From positions 35,712,001 to 35,776,000 of the forward strand of contig NC_043004.1 in assembly GCF_006345805.1 (NCBI RefSeq): a stretch of DNA of 64,000 bases, in the 5' to 3' direction. This DNA is from Octopus sinensis (taxonomy: Eukaryota). Shown here one piece after another: positions 38,133 to 49,749 of this stretch. A program made the position numbers and the translations under genes. Under the pieces are notes generated by a model. It ran no database searches. It was not told where the DNA came from and saw only the letters and a list, made by a program, of their open reading frames with translations. Positions within the stretch are counted from its first letter, which is position 1. Each line of letters starts with the position of its first letter.

Positions 38133-38812
38133 GAGGGCATTATACATACATGCCAGAGAGCATTATACATACATGCCACACGCTAAGAGGGACAATTAGT
38201 CATTTCTACCAAAAATATTACTAATCCCACCGAATGCAATTTTTCAAAGTAAGACATTTAAAAAATATAGACCTGTATCACAGTGATTTCATACTTACGT
38301 ATTCATCAGCAGGCCTGAATGTATCATAAATAAACGACCCTGCCCTGCTTAAGCCGATCAGCAAACTGATCAACATCAACGAAGCACATGAGTGAGTTTA
38401 CATATATTACATCCTGTAAATGGCAAACTTTTACGAATTGCATTTCGGGAAAGGAAAAGTTTTTTCGGAATAAAAATTTAGCAATTAAGGACAACTACTT
38501 AATAAGGAAAACTTAACAAGAAATTGTCAGGTAGATAGCGTGAAAACCTCATAAGAGAATAAATTTCGAAAATAATTATTTCTTATTGAACATATTAATT
38601 TATATATAGAGGGCATTATACATACATGCCAGAGAGCATTATACATACATGCCACACGCTAAGAGGGACAATTAGTCATTTCTACCAAAAATATTACTAA
38701 TTCAATAAGAAATAATTATTTTCGAAATTTATTCTCTTATGAGGTTTTCACGCTATCTACCTGACAATTTCTTGTTAAGTTTTCCTTATTAAGTAGTTGT
38801 CCTTAATTGCTA
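38122..38812. repeat. A-X-B-A-B' rearrangement: 104-bp direct repeat plus 112-bp inverted repeat
   Basis: A at 38122-38225 and 38598-38701; B at 38479-38590 with its reverse complement at 38701-38812. No mismatches seen by eye. Confidence 0.9.
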
Positions 38813-38830
38813 TATATATATATATATATA

Positions 38831-38922
38831 TCATCATCATCATCATTTAACGTCCGCTTTCCATGCTAGCATGGGTTGGACGGTTCAACTGGGGTCTGGG
38901 GAGCCCGAAGGCTGCACCAGTC
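38831..38922 (-). mobile_element. RTE 3' tail fragment
   Basis: TCATCATCATCATTTAACGTCCGCTTTCCATGCTAGCATGGGTTGGACGG. Confidence 0.85.
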
Positions 38923-38939
38923 CATATATATATATATAT

Positions 38940-39315
38940 ACTAGCAGTATCGCCTGGCGTTGCTCTGGTTTGTTTCGACCCTTTACAATTGGAATTTTTG
39001 AAAAGCAAAAATTATTGTCTTTAAGTGAACATTTTTCTGGTTAAAATACACTGAAAAATGGTGACACAGCAGTCAAACAATCGTAAAAAAATAGGGATTT
39101 TCATAGAAAAAAAGCACCTTCTTGACGTAAATAATTTTTGGCGTTAACATGGTCCGATTTGAATCTTTTCTTCAACGGAAGGAAGAGCAAGCCTTCTTCT
39201 ATCATAGTGTCAATGCTGATTAACTTGCACTGCAAGGTCTCGGAGGAGATAGTGTTAGTTGAAGGCTACCAAACCTGCCATACACAGACAACTTCAGCTT
39301 TATATGTATAGAGAT
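38940..39315 (+). mobile_element. Helentron/DINE-like non-autonomous element
   Basis: Starts T|ACTAGCAGTATCGCCTGGCGTTGCTCTGG and ends CAGACAACTTCAGCTTTATATGTATAGAGAT, resembling HINE/DINE termini. No ORF. Confidence 0.55.
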
Positions 39316-40281
39316 ATATAACAAATGAAAGACAGAAGATGGAATATATGAGAATATATTATTAATTACAACAATTGTTTCGACACATCCAACATCGACT
39401 CCTCTTGTGGGACACACAAAATCTGGTTCAGGAGTAGCTCATTAGGTGATGAATAAATAAAAAATCTCATTAAAATAACTGTTCCATAATGCAACTTTCC
39501 ATTTTGTAGAGAGAAAAACAGCCAAACGGAGAAAAATTTTTCTGATATATAGAAGATCCAAAAATAAAATTGTAGAAGACAAAGAGAGAAACGAACACTT
39601 AAACCAGCGAGAAAGGCATTGAAAATAACCATTAACCGATACGGATGTATAAACACCCTTGGGCAAGCAGCATGGCAAGAGTACACACGCTCATACAAGC
39701 ATTAGCAAAAATGTGAGCATACGCACACACAAGGTTAGGAGCACTCATAATTACAAAGCAAGTTAGAGATTTCGTAGGTGTTTAGAAGAACAGGGAGTTC
39801 TAGTTATGCATGCCTGTATCCCTCCCTTTCTCTCTCTCTCACACCCTCCCCATATATATATATTTATATTAGAAACTTAATTAGCTTATAGCTGTTTCTG
39901 CTATGAGATGCTGAGGACTCATAGCTGGGTTCCTGAATAACATCCTACAGCTTCATGAGAGCTGCAAATAAGAAGTGCAAAATTGCAAATACATACATAC
40001 ATAATTAAGTTCATAACATAAATATATATATATGGAGAGAGTGTGTGAGAGAGAGAGAGAGAGAGAAAGGGAGGGAGGGAGGGATACATGCATGCATAAC
40101 TAAATATTTATATAAACATATGCACATAGATTTATATATACATATGTATATATACACACACACACACATATGCAGACATTTATTTGTTTGTGTGTGTGTA
40201 TAATGTTCAATGAGCGTCTGTACAGATATCTACATATTTCGAAGCGAGTGAGTGGTTATATTAATCAATATTTCTATTAAA

Positions 40282-40503
40282 CTAAGTTGGCAAGTTGGCA
40301 GAATCGTTAACACACCAGGTGAGATGCATAGCGGTATTTCATCTGTCTTTACGTTCTGAGTTCAAATTCTGCTGAGGTTGACATTGCCTTTTATCCTTTC
40401 AGGATTGATAAATTAAGTACCAGTTGTGTATTGGGGTCTGTCTAATCGACTGGGCCCCTCCCCAGAAATTTCGTGCCTTGTGCCTGGAGTAGAAAAGAAT
40501 ATT
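40282..40503 (+). mobile_element. tRNA-derived SINE family B (best copy)
   Basis: CTAAGTTGGCAAGTTGGCAGAATCGTTA (A-box-like) .. GAGTTCAAATTC (B-box) .. AAGTACCAGTTG..GGGGTCTGTCTAATCGAC..GTAGAAAAGAATA. Confidence 0.8.
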
Positions 40504-40828
40504 TTTATATAACTATTCAAAAATTTGTACTTCTTTTTCTGTACGTATAGCTTACGTTATGGATGTATTATGTATGTACACACATACAAATATACAATGT
40601 TTGGATGCTTGCATGCATTTATTTGTATCACATGTATATCCTGTTCCGTAAATTATGCCTCACATTCTTTAAATCCCTTTCACTTTCTCTCTACCCTCTT
40701 CCCTCTCTCTCTTCTCCTCTCCACCTCACTCTCTTTTCTTCTTTATCTCTATCTCTTTATCTAGCTATTCACAGCACACATGCATACCAACATATATAAG
40801 TATGTATATACTTTTTAGCCATATTAGA

Positions 40829-41190
40829 TCATCATCATCATCATTGTTTAATGTCCGCTTTCCATGCTAGCATGGGTTGGATGATTTGACTGAGGATTAG
40901 TGACCCAGATGGCTGCACCTGACTCCAATCTGATCTGGTAGAGTTTCTACAGCTGGATGCCCTTCCTAACGCCAACCACTCCAAGAGTGCAGTGGGTGCT
41001 TTTACGTGCCACCGGCACGAGGGCCAGTCAGGTGGCACTGGCAACGGCCACTCTCAAATGGTGCTTTTTTATGTGCCACCTGCACAGGAGCCAGTCCAGC
41101 AGCACTGGCAACAACCTCGCTCAAATGGTTTTTTCACATGCCACCAGCACAAGTGCCAGTAAGGCGACGTAGGTAACGATCACGAGTCCA
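40829..41190 (-). mobile_element. RTE 3' UTR fragment
   Basis: ATCATCATCATTGTTTAATGTCCGCTTTCCATGCTAGCATGGGTTGG..GGATGCCCTTCCTAACGCCAACCACTCC..GTGCCACC. Confidence 0.85.
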
Positions 41191-41398
41191 GGTATATTTT
41201 AAAAGTATATTTGTATGTATGTATTATATGATATATATCTATATATGTAGGTACACACAAGAAATGTAATGGACTGATACACAGACTCTTCAAGAATGTT
41301 AGCTCCATATGAGATAGACACATTGGAATAGTACATAAGAGCACACTGGAAATAATCTCTGAAATGTTCAGACGGCTCACTAAGAATAGTTGATGGGT

Positions 41399-41720
41399 AT
41401 TGTTTACATTTGACAGATATTTGTGCTCACCTTGTTTGTTGCTAACACAATGTTTCGGCTGATATACCCTCCAGCCGCCATCAGGTGTCTTGGGGAAATT
41501 TTGAACCTGGATTCTCATTCCAAAGATATTTTTTGATGATGTTATTATTATTATTATTATTATTAATATTATTATTATTATTATTTAGGTCACTGCTTGG
41601 AATCGAACTCGGAATCTTGGGGTTAGTAGCCTGCGCTCTTAACCACTACACCATATGAGGACAAATATCCATCAAATGTAAATAATGTGCATAATTCCTC
41701 ATTTCTTAAATATAGACCTG
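41399..41720 (-). mobile_element. Composite SINE-like retroposon: tRNA-like head + (AAT)n + hammerhead motif + inverted 3' tail, 12-bp TSD
   Basis: TSD TAGTTGATGGGT at 41387-41398 and 41721-41732. tRNA-like segment 41588-41657 on minus (TGGTGTAGTGG; GAGTTCGATTCC). ~30-bp inverted repeat at 41399-41428 versus ~41657-41690. Confidence 0.85.
41444..41489 (-). ncRNA. Minimal type I hammerhead ribozyme motif (Penelope-type), degenerate in this copy
   Basis: GACAC-CTGATGG-C-GGCTG[GAGGGTATAT]CAGCC-GAAAC-ATT-GTGTT. Stem I is GACAC/GTGTT and stem II is GGCTG/CAGCC. The core has A9>G, and ACAT replaces the palindromic ACGT. Confidence 0.65.
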
Positions 41721-42539
41721 TAGTTGATGGGTTTTGTTACTTTGGAGATGAAATTAGCAAAAAAGCCAATTGCTCTGAAAGTATAGCAGCCAAAGTAAGA
41801 ACGGGTTGGAGAAATTTCAGTGAGTTATCACTATTGGTGATAACAGAGGTCCTTTCTTTAGAATGACGGGTAGGTTGTATGATACAATGCTGCATAGTAG
41901 TGAGGGATGAACCTTGAATGTGGAGGAGATGAGAAGACTAGAAAGAAACAAAGCAAGATCTGTTGGCTGTGCAATGTGAGTGTGCATGAAAGACTTAGCA
42001 GAAAGGTGCTGAGTGAAATACTGGGCATCAGAGGAATCAGATGTAGTGAGCAAGAGAGAAGATTGTGTTGGTATGGACATGTAACAGATATGGATATGGC
42101 TGCGAACAGCTTCATAAAGAATTGCTGATCACTAAATTAAATAAATGACAAGAGAAGAAGAAATTGTGAAATGAACTTCATAGGCTTACAGCTATTTCTG
42201 CTATAAGATACAATGCACTCAGAGCTGAAAGATTGTGTATCACGTTATCTATCACCTTCATTTTTTTTTTTTTTTGTTTTAATGGGTATCATCATCATCA
42301 TTGTTGAACATCCGTTTTTCATACTGGCATGGGATGGACAAGGTGATGTTTTCCATATATATATAAACAATCTCCGAAATAATATTGCACTTCATTTTTG
42401 AACATCTGACAATACTATATAGTGATACACAAGTACTCCACTATGAGAGCCTTGCATCTTGTGGTAGAAACAGTTTTAAGCTAACAAAGTTCATCACACG
42501 CCAGATTATTAATATCTCTATGCTTATGTGAAGTATTAA

Positions 42540-42819
42540 CATATATATATATATATATATATATGAAATACACACACACACACACACTTCACACACACAC
42601 ATATATGGGGCTCACAGTCCTTCAGTAACCTCCCCAAAAGCCTGAGAGACCAGCATAGTAAAGATGTAGCAAAGCGAATGGCAGTGACCCAGCATTGATG
42701 CAGCTCTCAAGGTGCAGCTAGTTAAAGAGGTACACACACACTCACACACACATAGATGCATGTATATATGTGCATGCACAACCATGCTAATGTAAATGTG
42801 TGTGTGTGGGTGCATAAAT

Positions 42820-42880
<61 letters not shown>

Positions 42881-43168
42881 AAGACTGATAGAAGATATCA
42901 TCATGTTTCTCTCTGTATTCAATTCAAATATTCAATTCATAAATAGAGACATTGGAATATGAGCCAAACATTTTCAACCAGTGGAAAAAATGCATACATT
43001 CTTTTATATATAGATAGACAAATTCACATAGCCACACACACACACACATACATATATATATACACACATACCCACATACACACACACATATATATATATA
43101 CACATACATATAAATATATACTCATGTTTGTGTGTGTTTGTTTGTGTATGTATATGTATATATATATA

Positions 43169-43215
<47 letters not shown>

Positions 43216-43462
43216 CACACACACACACACACTTCACACACACACATATATGGGGCTCACAGTCCTTCAGTAACCTCCCCAAAAGCCTGAGAGACCAGCA
43301 TAGTAAAGATGTAGCAAAGCGAATGGCAGTGACCCAGCATTGATGCAGCTCTCAAGGTGCAGCTAGTTAAAGAGGTACACACACACTCACACACACATAG
43401 ATGCATGTATATATGTGCATGCACAACCATGCTAATGTAAATGTGTGTGTGTGGGTGCATAA

Positions 43463-43522
<60 letters not shown>

Positions 43523-43806
43523 ATAGAAGATATCATCATGTTTCTCTCTGTATTCAATTCAAATATTCAATTCATAAATAGAGACATTTGGAATATGAGC
43601 CAAACATTTTCAACCAGTGGAAAAAATGCATACATTCTTTTATATATAGATAGACAAATTCACATAGCCACACACACACACACATACATATATATATACA
43701 CACATACCCACATACACACACACATATATATATATACACATACATATAAATATATACTCATGTTTGTGTGTGTTTGTTTGTGTATGTATATGTATATATA
43801 TATATA

Positions 43807-43855
<49 letters not shown>
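42540..43855 (+). repeat. Near-identical tandem duplication, 645-bp period, bounded by (TA)n
   Basis: GGGCTCACAGTCCTTCAG at 42608 and 43253. The copies differ mainly in microsatellite length and a 1-bp homopolymer indel. Confidence 0.92.
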
Positions 43856-43860
<5 letters not shown>

Positions 43861-44639
43861 ACTACAATTAAACAAAAATGAGAAATTTTGCCTTAATAAT
43901 CTAGCAAAGTCATAATATATACTTCCAAAAGAACAGAAGTACATTAATAGAATTTAATTTAGGAAAGGAAGCAAAAGAAAAGAATTTGTTCATTGGAAAT
44001 TAAATTTGAAACATTTATTTAATAAAGTGAGGAACGCAAAAATAAGTAAAAATGTATTTTGATAAAAACAAAGGAAAATGAAAGGAAGAAAAAAAGATAA
44101 AAGAACGAGATTGAAATTGTTCAATGTAATCTGATTTCAAAACTGTCTTATTAAAACTTTAACCTTCAGCAATGTTGATAATCTAGTAACTATACCAAAC
44201 CAATTTGGATAGCAGTGAAGGAAAGAAACATGTTTTGATAAACTTATACTTCATAATAAAGAATAACTGAAAAATGTTATTTATTTGCGTTTGTTTGCAT
44301 GTGAGAGAGAGAGAGAGGAAAGGGAGAGAAAGAGAGAGAGAGAGAGAGTGAGGGAGTTGAAAGGAAAGGAGAAGAGAAGGATGTGAGGTTTGAGAAAATG
44401 AAAGCAGTAGGGGGATGTGAGGAGGGAGTGGGGCTGTGCTGCTTTTGAAGATATTTTCAACAATTTTCAAATGTAATGTTGTTTCATAAATGAGTTAAAC
44501 AGACCAGATGGACAAGATAACATTTGAATACAAACATATACTTATATAAGTGCATATGCCTAATAATAAAATAATAATAATAATAATAATAATAATGATA
44601 CTGATACTGATGATGACGATGACGACAACGGCATTTGAT

Positions 44640-45247
44640 AAACTCATTTAAGTGTGAAACAAAATGCTTAGTGATATTTGTTCCGATTCAATACATTTCA
44701 AGTTTAAATCTTGCCAAAGTTAATTGTGCCTTCCTTCTACCTGGGATCAATATAATAAAATACCAGTCAGTTACTAGAATCGATGGTATCATCTAAGCCC
44801 CTTCCCTCAAAATTACAAGTCTTACATCTAAATTAGATTATTATTATGATTATTCTGGAGTTGGTTAAAATAAGTAACTGTTGAGCACTGGGGTCAATAT
44901 AATTGACTGATCCCTCTCCCCAAATTCCAGGCCTATAGTAGAAAGGATTATTATTATTATTATCATCATCCTTATCTGGAGGCAAATTAGTAGAACGATT
45001 ATAATGATGGACAAAACACTTTCCGATATTTTGAACCAATTCTAAGGTGGCAAGTTGGCAGAACAATTAGCATGCAGGACAAAATTCTTAGCAGTATTTC
45101 ATGTCTCTATGTTCTAAGTTCAAATTCTGCCGATGTCGATTTTGCCTGCCATCATTTCAGGGTCAATAAAATAACTAGGGTTAATGCAATCAACTTATTC
45201 CGTCCCCCAGAATTGCTGGCCTTGTGCCAAAATTTGAAACCAATATT
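44640..45247. mobile_element. Cluster of decayed SINE family B copies in both orientations
   Basis: + copy ~44640-44835, - copy ~44850-44990, and + copy 45042-45247 (CTAAGGTGGCAAGTTGGCAGAAC..GTTCAAATTCTGCC). Confidence 0.6.
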
Positions 45248-45312
45248 TTGATGCAATTCTTAGTGATCTGATTCAAACTACACTGAGGTCAATTTTGCAA
45301 TTTTCCTTCTAT

Positions 45313-45638
45313 AGGCATAGGAGTGGCTGTGTGGTAAGTAGCTTCCTTACGAACCACATGGTTCCAGGTTCAGTCCCACTGCGTCACACCTTGGGCAAGT
45401 GTCTTCAACTATAGCCTCGAACCGACCAAAGCCTTGTCAGTGGATTTGGTAGGCGGAAACTGAAGGAAGCCCATCGTATATATGTATATATATATATGTG
45501 TGTGTGTATATGTTTGTGTGTCTGTGTTTGTCCCCCAACATTGCTTGACAACCGATGCTGGTGTCAATTTGCTCGACTAAAGGGGTGCTCCAGCATGACC
45601 ACAGTCAAGTGGCTGAAACAAGTAAAAGAGTAAAAGAG
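45313..45638 (+). mobile_element. tRNA-derived SINE family A, near full length
   Basis: AGGCATAGGAGTGGCTGTGTGGTAAG..GGTTCAGTCCCACTGC..CTTGGGCAAGTGTC..GGAAACTGAAGGAAGCCC..GCTCCAGCATG..GAAACAAGTAAAAGAG. Confidence 0.88.
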
Positions 45639-45774
45639 ATTGACAAAATACAGTACCAGTCAACTCATAGGGTTAATACAGGTGACTAACACCCTGCTCC
45701 CAAGATTGTACTTATGTTGTAAACAATAGAATTGTTATAATAATGGCCAAAATGTCTTGCATTATATGATTATG

Positions 45775-45960
45775 GCATGCTGGGCAGAATGCTTAGCAGT
45801 ATTTCATCTGTCGCTATGTTATGAGTTCAAATTCCACCGAGGTCAACTTTGCCTTCCATCCTTTTGGGGTCGATTAAATAAGTACCAGTTAAGCAATCAG
45901 TTAAATCCCTTCCTCCAAATTTGAAACCTTATGCTTGTAATAGAAAGAATTATATGATTA
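45775..45960 (+). mobile_element. SINE family B
   Basis: GCTTAGCAGTATTTC..GAGTTCAAATTCCACCGAGGTCAACTTTGCCTTCCATCC..AAGTACCAGTT. Confidence 0.7.
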
Positions 45961-46446
45961 TGGCCTCTTTCATTCTGAGTTTAAATACCACCAAGTTCTG
46001 CTTTTATTTTCATTCTTCTGAGGTTGATAAATCAAATACCAGTCAAGTACTGTGGTCAATGTTATTCACTGACCCCCATCCCCTCAACATTTCTGAACTT
46101 GTACATAAATTAAAATCAATTATTTTTATTATTACAATAAAGTTATTCATTTCAAAAATATTGCATTCAATATGGAAGGAGATCTACAAATGAGAAATTT
46201 GTTTTAATTTATTTTATTTTATGGTAATAAATAACTTCCTTTTGAAAATTAGGATTCATTTTGTCATTTTGTTTAAGCACTCAAAAATTTGATAAAAAAA
46301 GTTGAATTATGATTATTATGTATAAATGATATTTCCTGATATTACCCATGGTGGCAAAAGTATATTTCCAATGTTATCTATCATGCGCGTGTATACACAC
46401 ATACATATAGATATATATATATACATACATATAAATATGTGTGAGT

Positions 46447-46493
<47 letters not shown>

Positions 46494-46525
46494 CATATAT
46501 AAGTGCATGTGAGTATGTGTGTGCG

Positions 46526-46558
<33 letters not shown>

Positions 46559-46559
46559 A

Positions 46560-47351
46560 ATGTTTGACATAAGCATCAGATGTGGTGTGCAAGAGAGACA
46601 TCTGCATTGGTATGATCATGAGCTATGTATGGATGAGGAGAGCTGTGTGAAGAAATGTCACTCCCTAACTATGGAAGCAACCTGTGGAAGAGGGAGACCC
46701 AGGAAAACATGGGATGAGGCATTGAAGCATGACCTTCAAACGTTAAGCCTCACAGTGGCAATGACGAAAGAGGCAATGATTGAGAAGACCCAGCAAGTAA
46801 AGTGACATCACAGCTGTAGCCTACTCCAGTGTTGCATAACCAGCCGATTTAAAAAATAACTTGAATTGTCGGGCGACATTCCATGCGTGAGGAGATCTAT
46901 TGAGTCAACCAAAATCCAAATCAAAAGTCAAATCACAATCAAATGGAAATTATAGTTGTGGCCGTTACCTGTGCTGGTGGCATGCAATAAGCACTATTCA
47001 TTCATGCGTAGGTCACTGCCAGAGTTACTTCACTGGCTCCCAGTGCCGGTGGCACATAAAATGCACCATCCAAACATGGTCAATGACAGCCCTGCCTGGC
47101 TCCGGTGCTGGTGGCACATAAAAAGCACCATCTGAATGTGGTTGATACCAGTGCCGCCTGACTAGCTCCCATGCCAGTGACACATAAAAAGCACCCACTA
47201 CACTCTCTGAGTGGTTGGCATTAGGAAGGGCATCCAGCTGTAGAAACATTGCCAGATCAGACTGGAGCCTAATGCAGCCTCCTGGTTTGCCAGTTTCCTG
47301 TCAAATCGTCCAACCCATGCCAGCATGGAAAATGGATGCTTAACAATGATG

Positions 47352-47352
<1 letters not shown>
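46560..47352 (+). mobile_element. 5'-truncated RTE: ORF C-terminus + 3' UTR
   Basis: [43 protein letters not shown], then the UTR and tail. Confidence 0.9.
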
Positions 47353-47382
<30 letters not shown>

Positions 47383-47478
47383 TATGTATATATATATATA
47401 TAATATATATATATATAGTGTATATATATATATATATGTGTATATATATATATATATATGTGTATATATATATATATA

Positions 47479-47537
<59 letters not shown>

Positions 47538-47680
47538 ATATATATATATATATATAATATATATGTATGTGTGTGTGTGGTGTGTGTATATTAATATATT
47601 ATATATATATATGCACAGACACACATACATACATATATATACACAGACACATACATAAATATGTATATGTATATGTGTGT
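47350..47680. repeat. Compound (TA)/(TG) microsatellite
   Basis: Direct inspection. Confidence 0.95.
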
Positions 47681-47879
47681 GTTTATAATGTATTCTTCAC
47701 ACGGAGCCAGCCAGACATGCTCACACACACACACAATGAGGGAACATATATTACATGTGTATATTTCTTATTCGTGAATAGAGATGTGATTTACACCTGA
47801 AAATAAAGAAATTTATCAAATTTGTCAACACCTAACTCCTTGATGTCTACAATCTCAACCACACAAGACTAACTCTTCT

Positions 47880-48250
47880 GTTATTCTATTCTCTTCCATT
47901 CTACATTTCTTTCTATCATCTCCATTCTATAGAATCCAACCGCAGACAATAAATTCCTCCAGAATATCAAACAAACTTTCTTCTTTCTATCTATGTTGGG
48001 ACTTTGATGTCGTGTTAAATGCATAACTGCCAAATTTCTGCACCACACACAGTCATCGCTGACATCCAAATATAACCCTTTGTGATGTTCACATCATGCA
48101 ACTCTATATTACATGACACAAATACAAAACAGCAATTATTGACATGTGCATCTAGCACAACATTCAGCTGAGATAATGCAATGGTCAAGTTTAGTTGACC
48201 TCAGCTTTATTACATTTGCTGTAGCCCATTCACTTGACAATATATCTAAT
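47880..48250 (-). pseudogene. Possible L1-like C-terminal zinc-knuckle relic
   Basis: DCVWCRNLAVMHL..SP....VCLIFWRNL resembles C..C......H....P......FW. Confidence 0.3.
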
Positions 48251-48479
48251 ATTAGTGATAATGCACAAAGCAGCTTGTTTCTCCATTCTCTGTGCCTTCC
48301 AGAGTGATGCGGCTTGGTTTTAGGTAAACATTGTTGCTAGTACTGTTGAAATATGGGAGAAACTATTAAACTCTCATTTTGAGATCTCTCTCTCTTTTAC
48401 TTTATCTTTACACTTTTAAGATATGTGTGTGCCTCTCTTTATTTATGTGTGTGTATGAGTGTGCATATATCTATCTATC

Positions 48480-48511
<32 letters not shown>

Positions 48512-48728
48512 CATCATCATTAAACAAGTATTAAATTATGATGTTGATGATGATGATGATAGTATATATATATATATATATGTGTGTATTATATATATAT
48601 ATATATATTATATATATATATATATATATAACGGACGCTAAATGATGATGATGATGATGATGGCGGTGAAAATAGGAGATGCTACTTCCACCTCCATCTT
48701 TTATATATAAAAATTTGATTTGTGTGTA

Positions 48729-48945
48729 TCATCATCATCATCGTTTAACGTCCATTTTCCATGCTAGCATGGGTTGGACGGTTTGACCGGGGATCTGGGA
48801 AGCCAGAAAGGCTGCACCAGGCTCCAGTCTGATATGGCAGTGCTTCCACAGCTGGATGCCCTTCCTAACGCCAACCACTCTGTGAGTGTAGTGGGTGCTT
48901 TTTACGTGCCAGGCGAGGCTGGCAGCGGCCACGATCGGATTGGTG
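48729..48945 (-). mobile_element. RTE 3' tail fragment
   Basis: TCATCATCATCGTTTAACGTCCATTTTCCATGCTAGCATGGGTTGGACGG..GGATGCCCTTCCTAACGCC. Confidence 0.85.
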
Positions 48946-49749
48946 GATGAAGTTAAAAAAAAAAAGAAAAAAAAAAGAAAAAAATGTACAATACAACTTT
49001 GTAGAAATATCAGCTAACAAGAAAACTCATGGTTATTGAAAAAATCATTGTGGAAATCTCTAGGTGTCTGCTTGACCTGCTAGAAAAGGCAGCCATGTCA
49101 CAGTTTAGTGTCTTAAAAAGAGAAACAGCAGAGGGAACATAACGTAGTCTTTGGTAGTCATGCTTGAATAAAGATGAAATGGTCATATCTGGAATGGTTT
49201 TGATCATGTGCCAGCTCAGTCAGCACCTAAATGATGAGTTAGCTTTTGATTTATGTGTGTACAGTCTGGGTTTTTTTTTTTTTTTTTTTTTTTTTGCAGA
49301 ACAATGTTTATTGGTTATTGGCTGTTAGTTTTAGAAAATTCTTTCCACATGTCCTTGAATCCATCACAGCAGTTGGACTTAGCACCATATTTTTCACAAC
49401 ATTTAAGTATTAGATTGATAACTTCTTGGCATTTTGCTTCTTGGAATCTGTTTTCCTGTAGGCATGTCTGGATTTGGCAAGCTAGTTTTTTACAAGAGTC
49501 TGTCGATTTAGAAGCTGGCATCACTGGATGATAAGAAATATGTTCAGATACGAAACATGGCTGCAGCGTGTATATGTATATATATATAGATATATATATA
49601 TATATATAAAACTGAAGGATTAAAATTAATCAAAGGACATATTAAGTATGTCTACTTGCTGGAAATAGAAGTCAAAACGCTTTGCAAATTATTTTTTTTG
49701 TTAATTATTTGCTCTGTATTGATATATATATATATATATACACTTTCAG

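Larger units (their letters stand above)
41250..42130 (+). mobile_element. Old RTE relic interrupted by the 41399-41720 insertion
   Basis: The right part reads FGDEIS..CSESIAAKVRTGWRNFSEL..RCSEQERRLCWYGHV. The duplicated site TAGTTGATGGGT corresponds to the RTE GTAGTTGATAGC (VVDSF). Confidence 0.65.

Noticed and set aside
39355-39420. Penelope-like terminus / hammerhead (GAGGAGTCG...GTCGAAAC on minus)
   Set aside because: The core and stem II do not fit, and no GIY-YIG or RT motif is seen in the adjacent ORF 39366-39698.
41588-41657. tRNA gene (also 51480-51561 and SINE A/B heads)
   Set aside because: A/B boxes are present but there is no complete cloverleaf or acceptor stem, and each is embedded in a SINE body.
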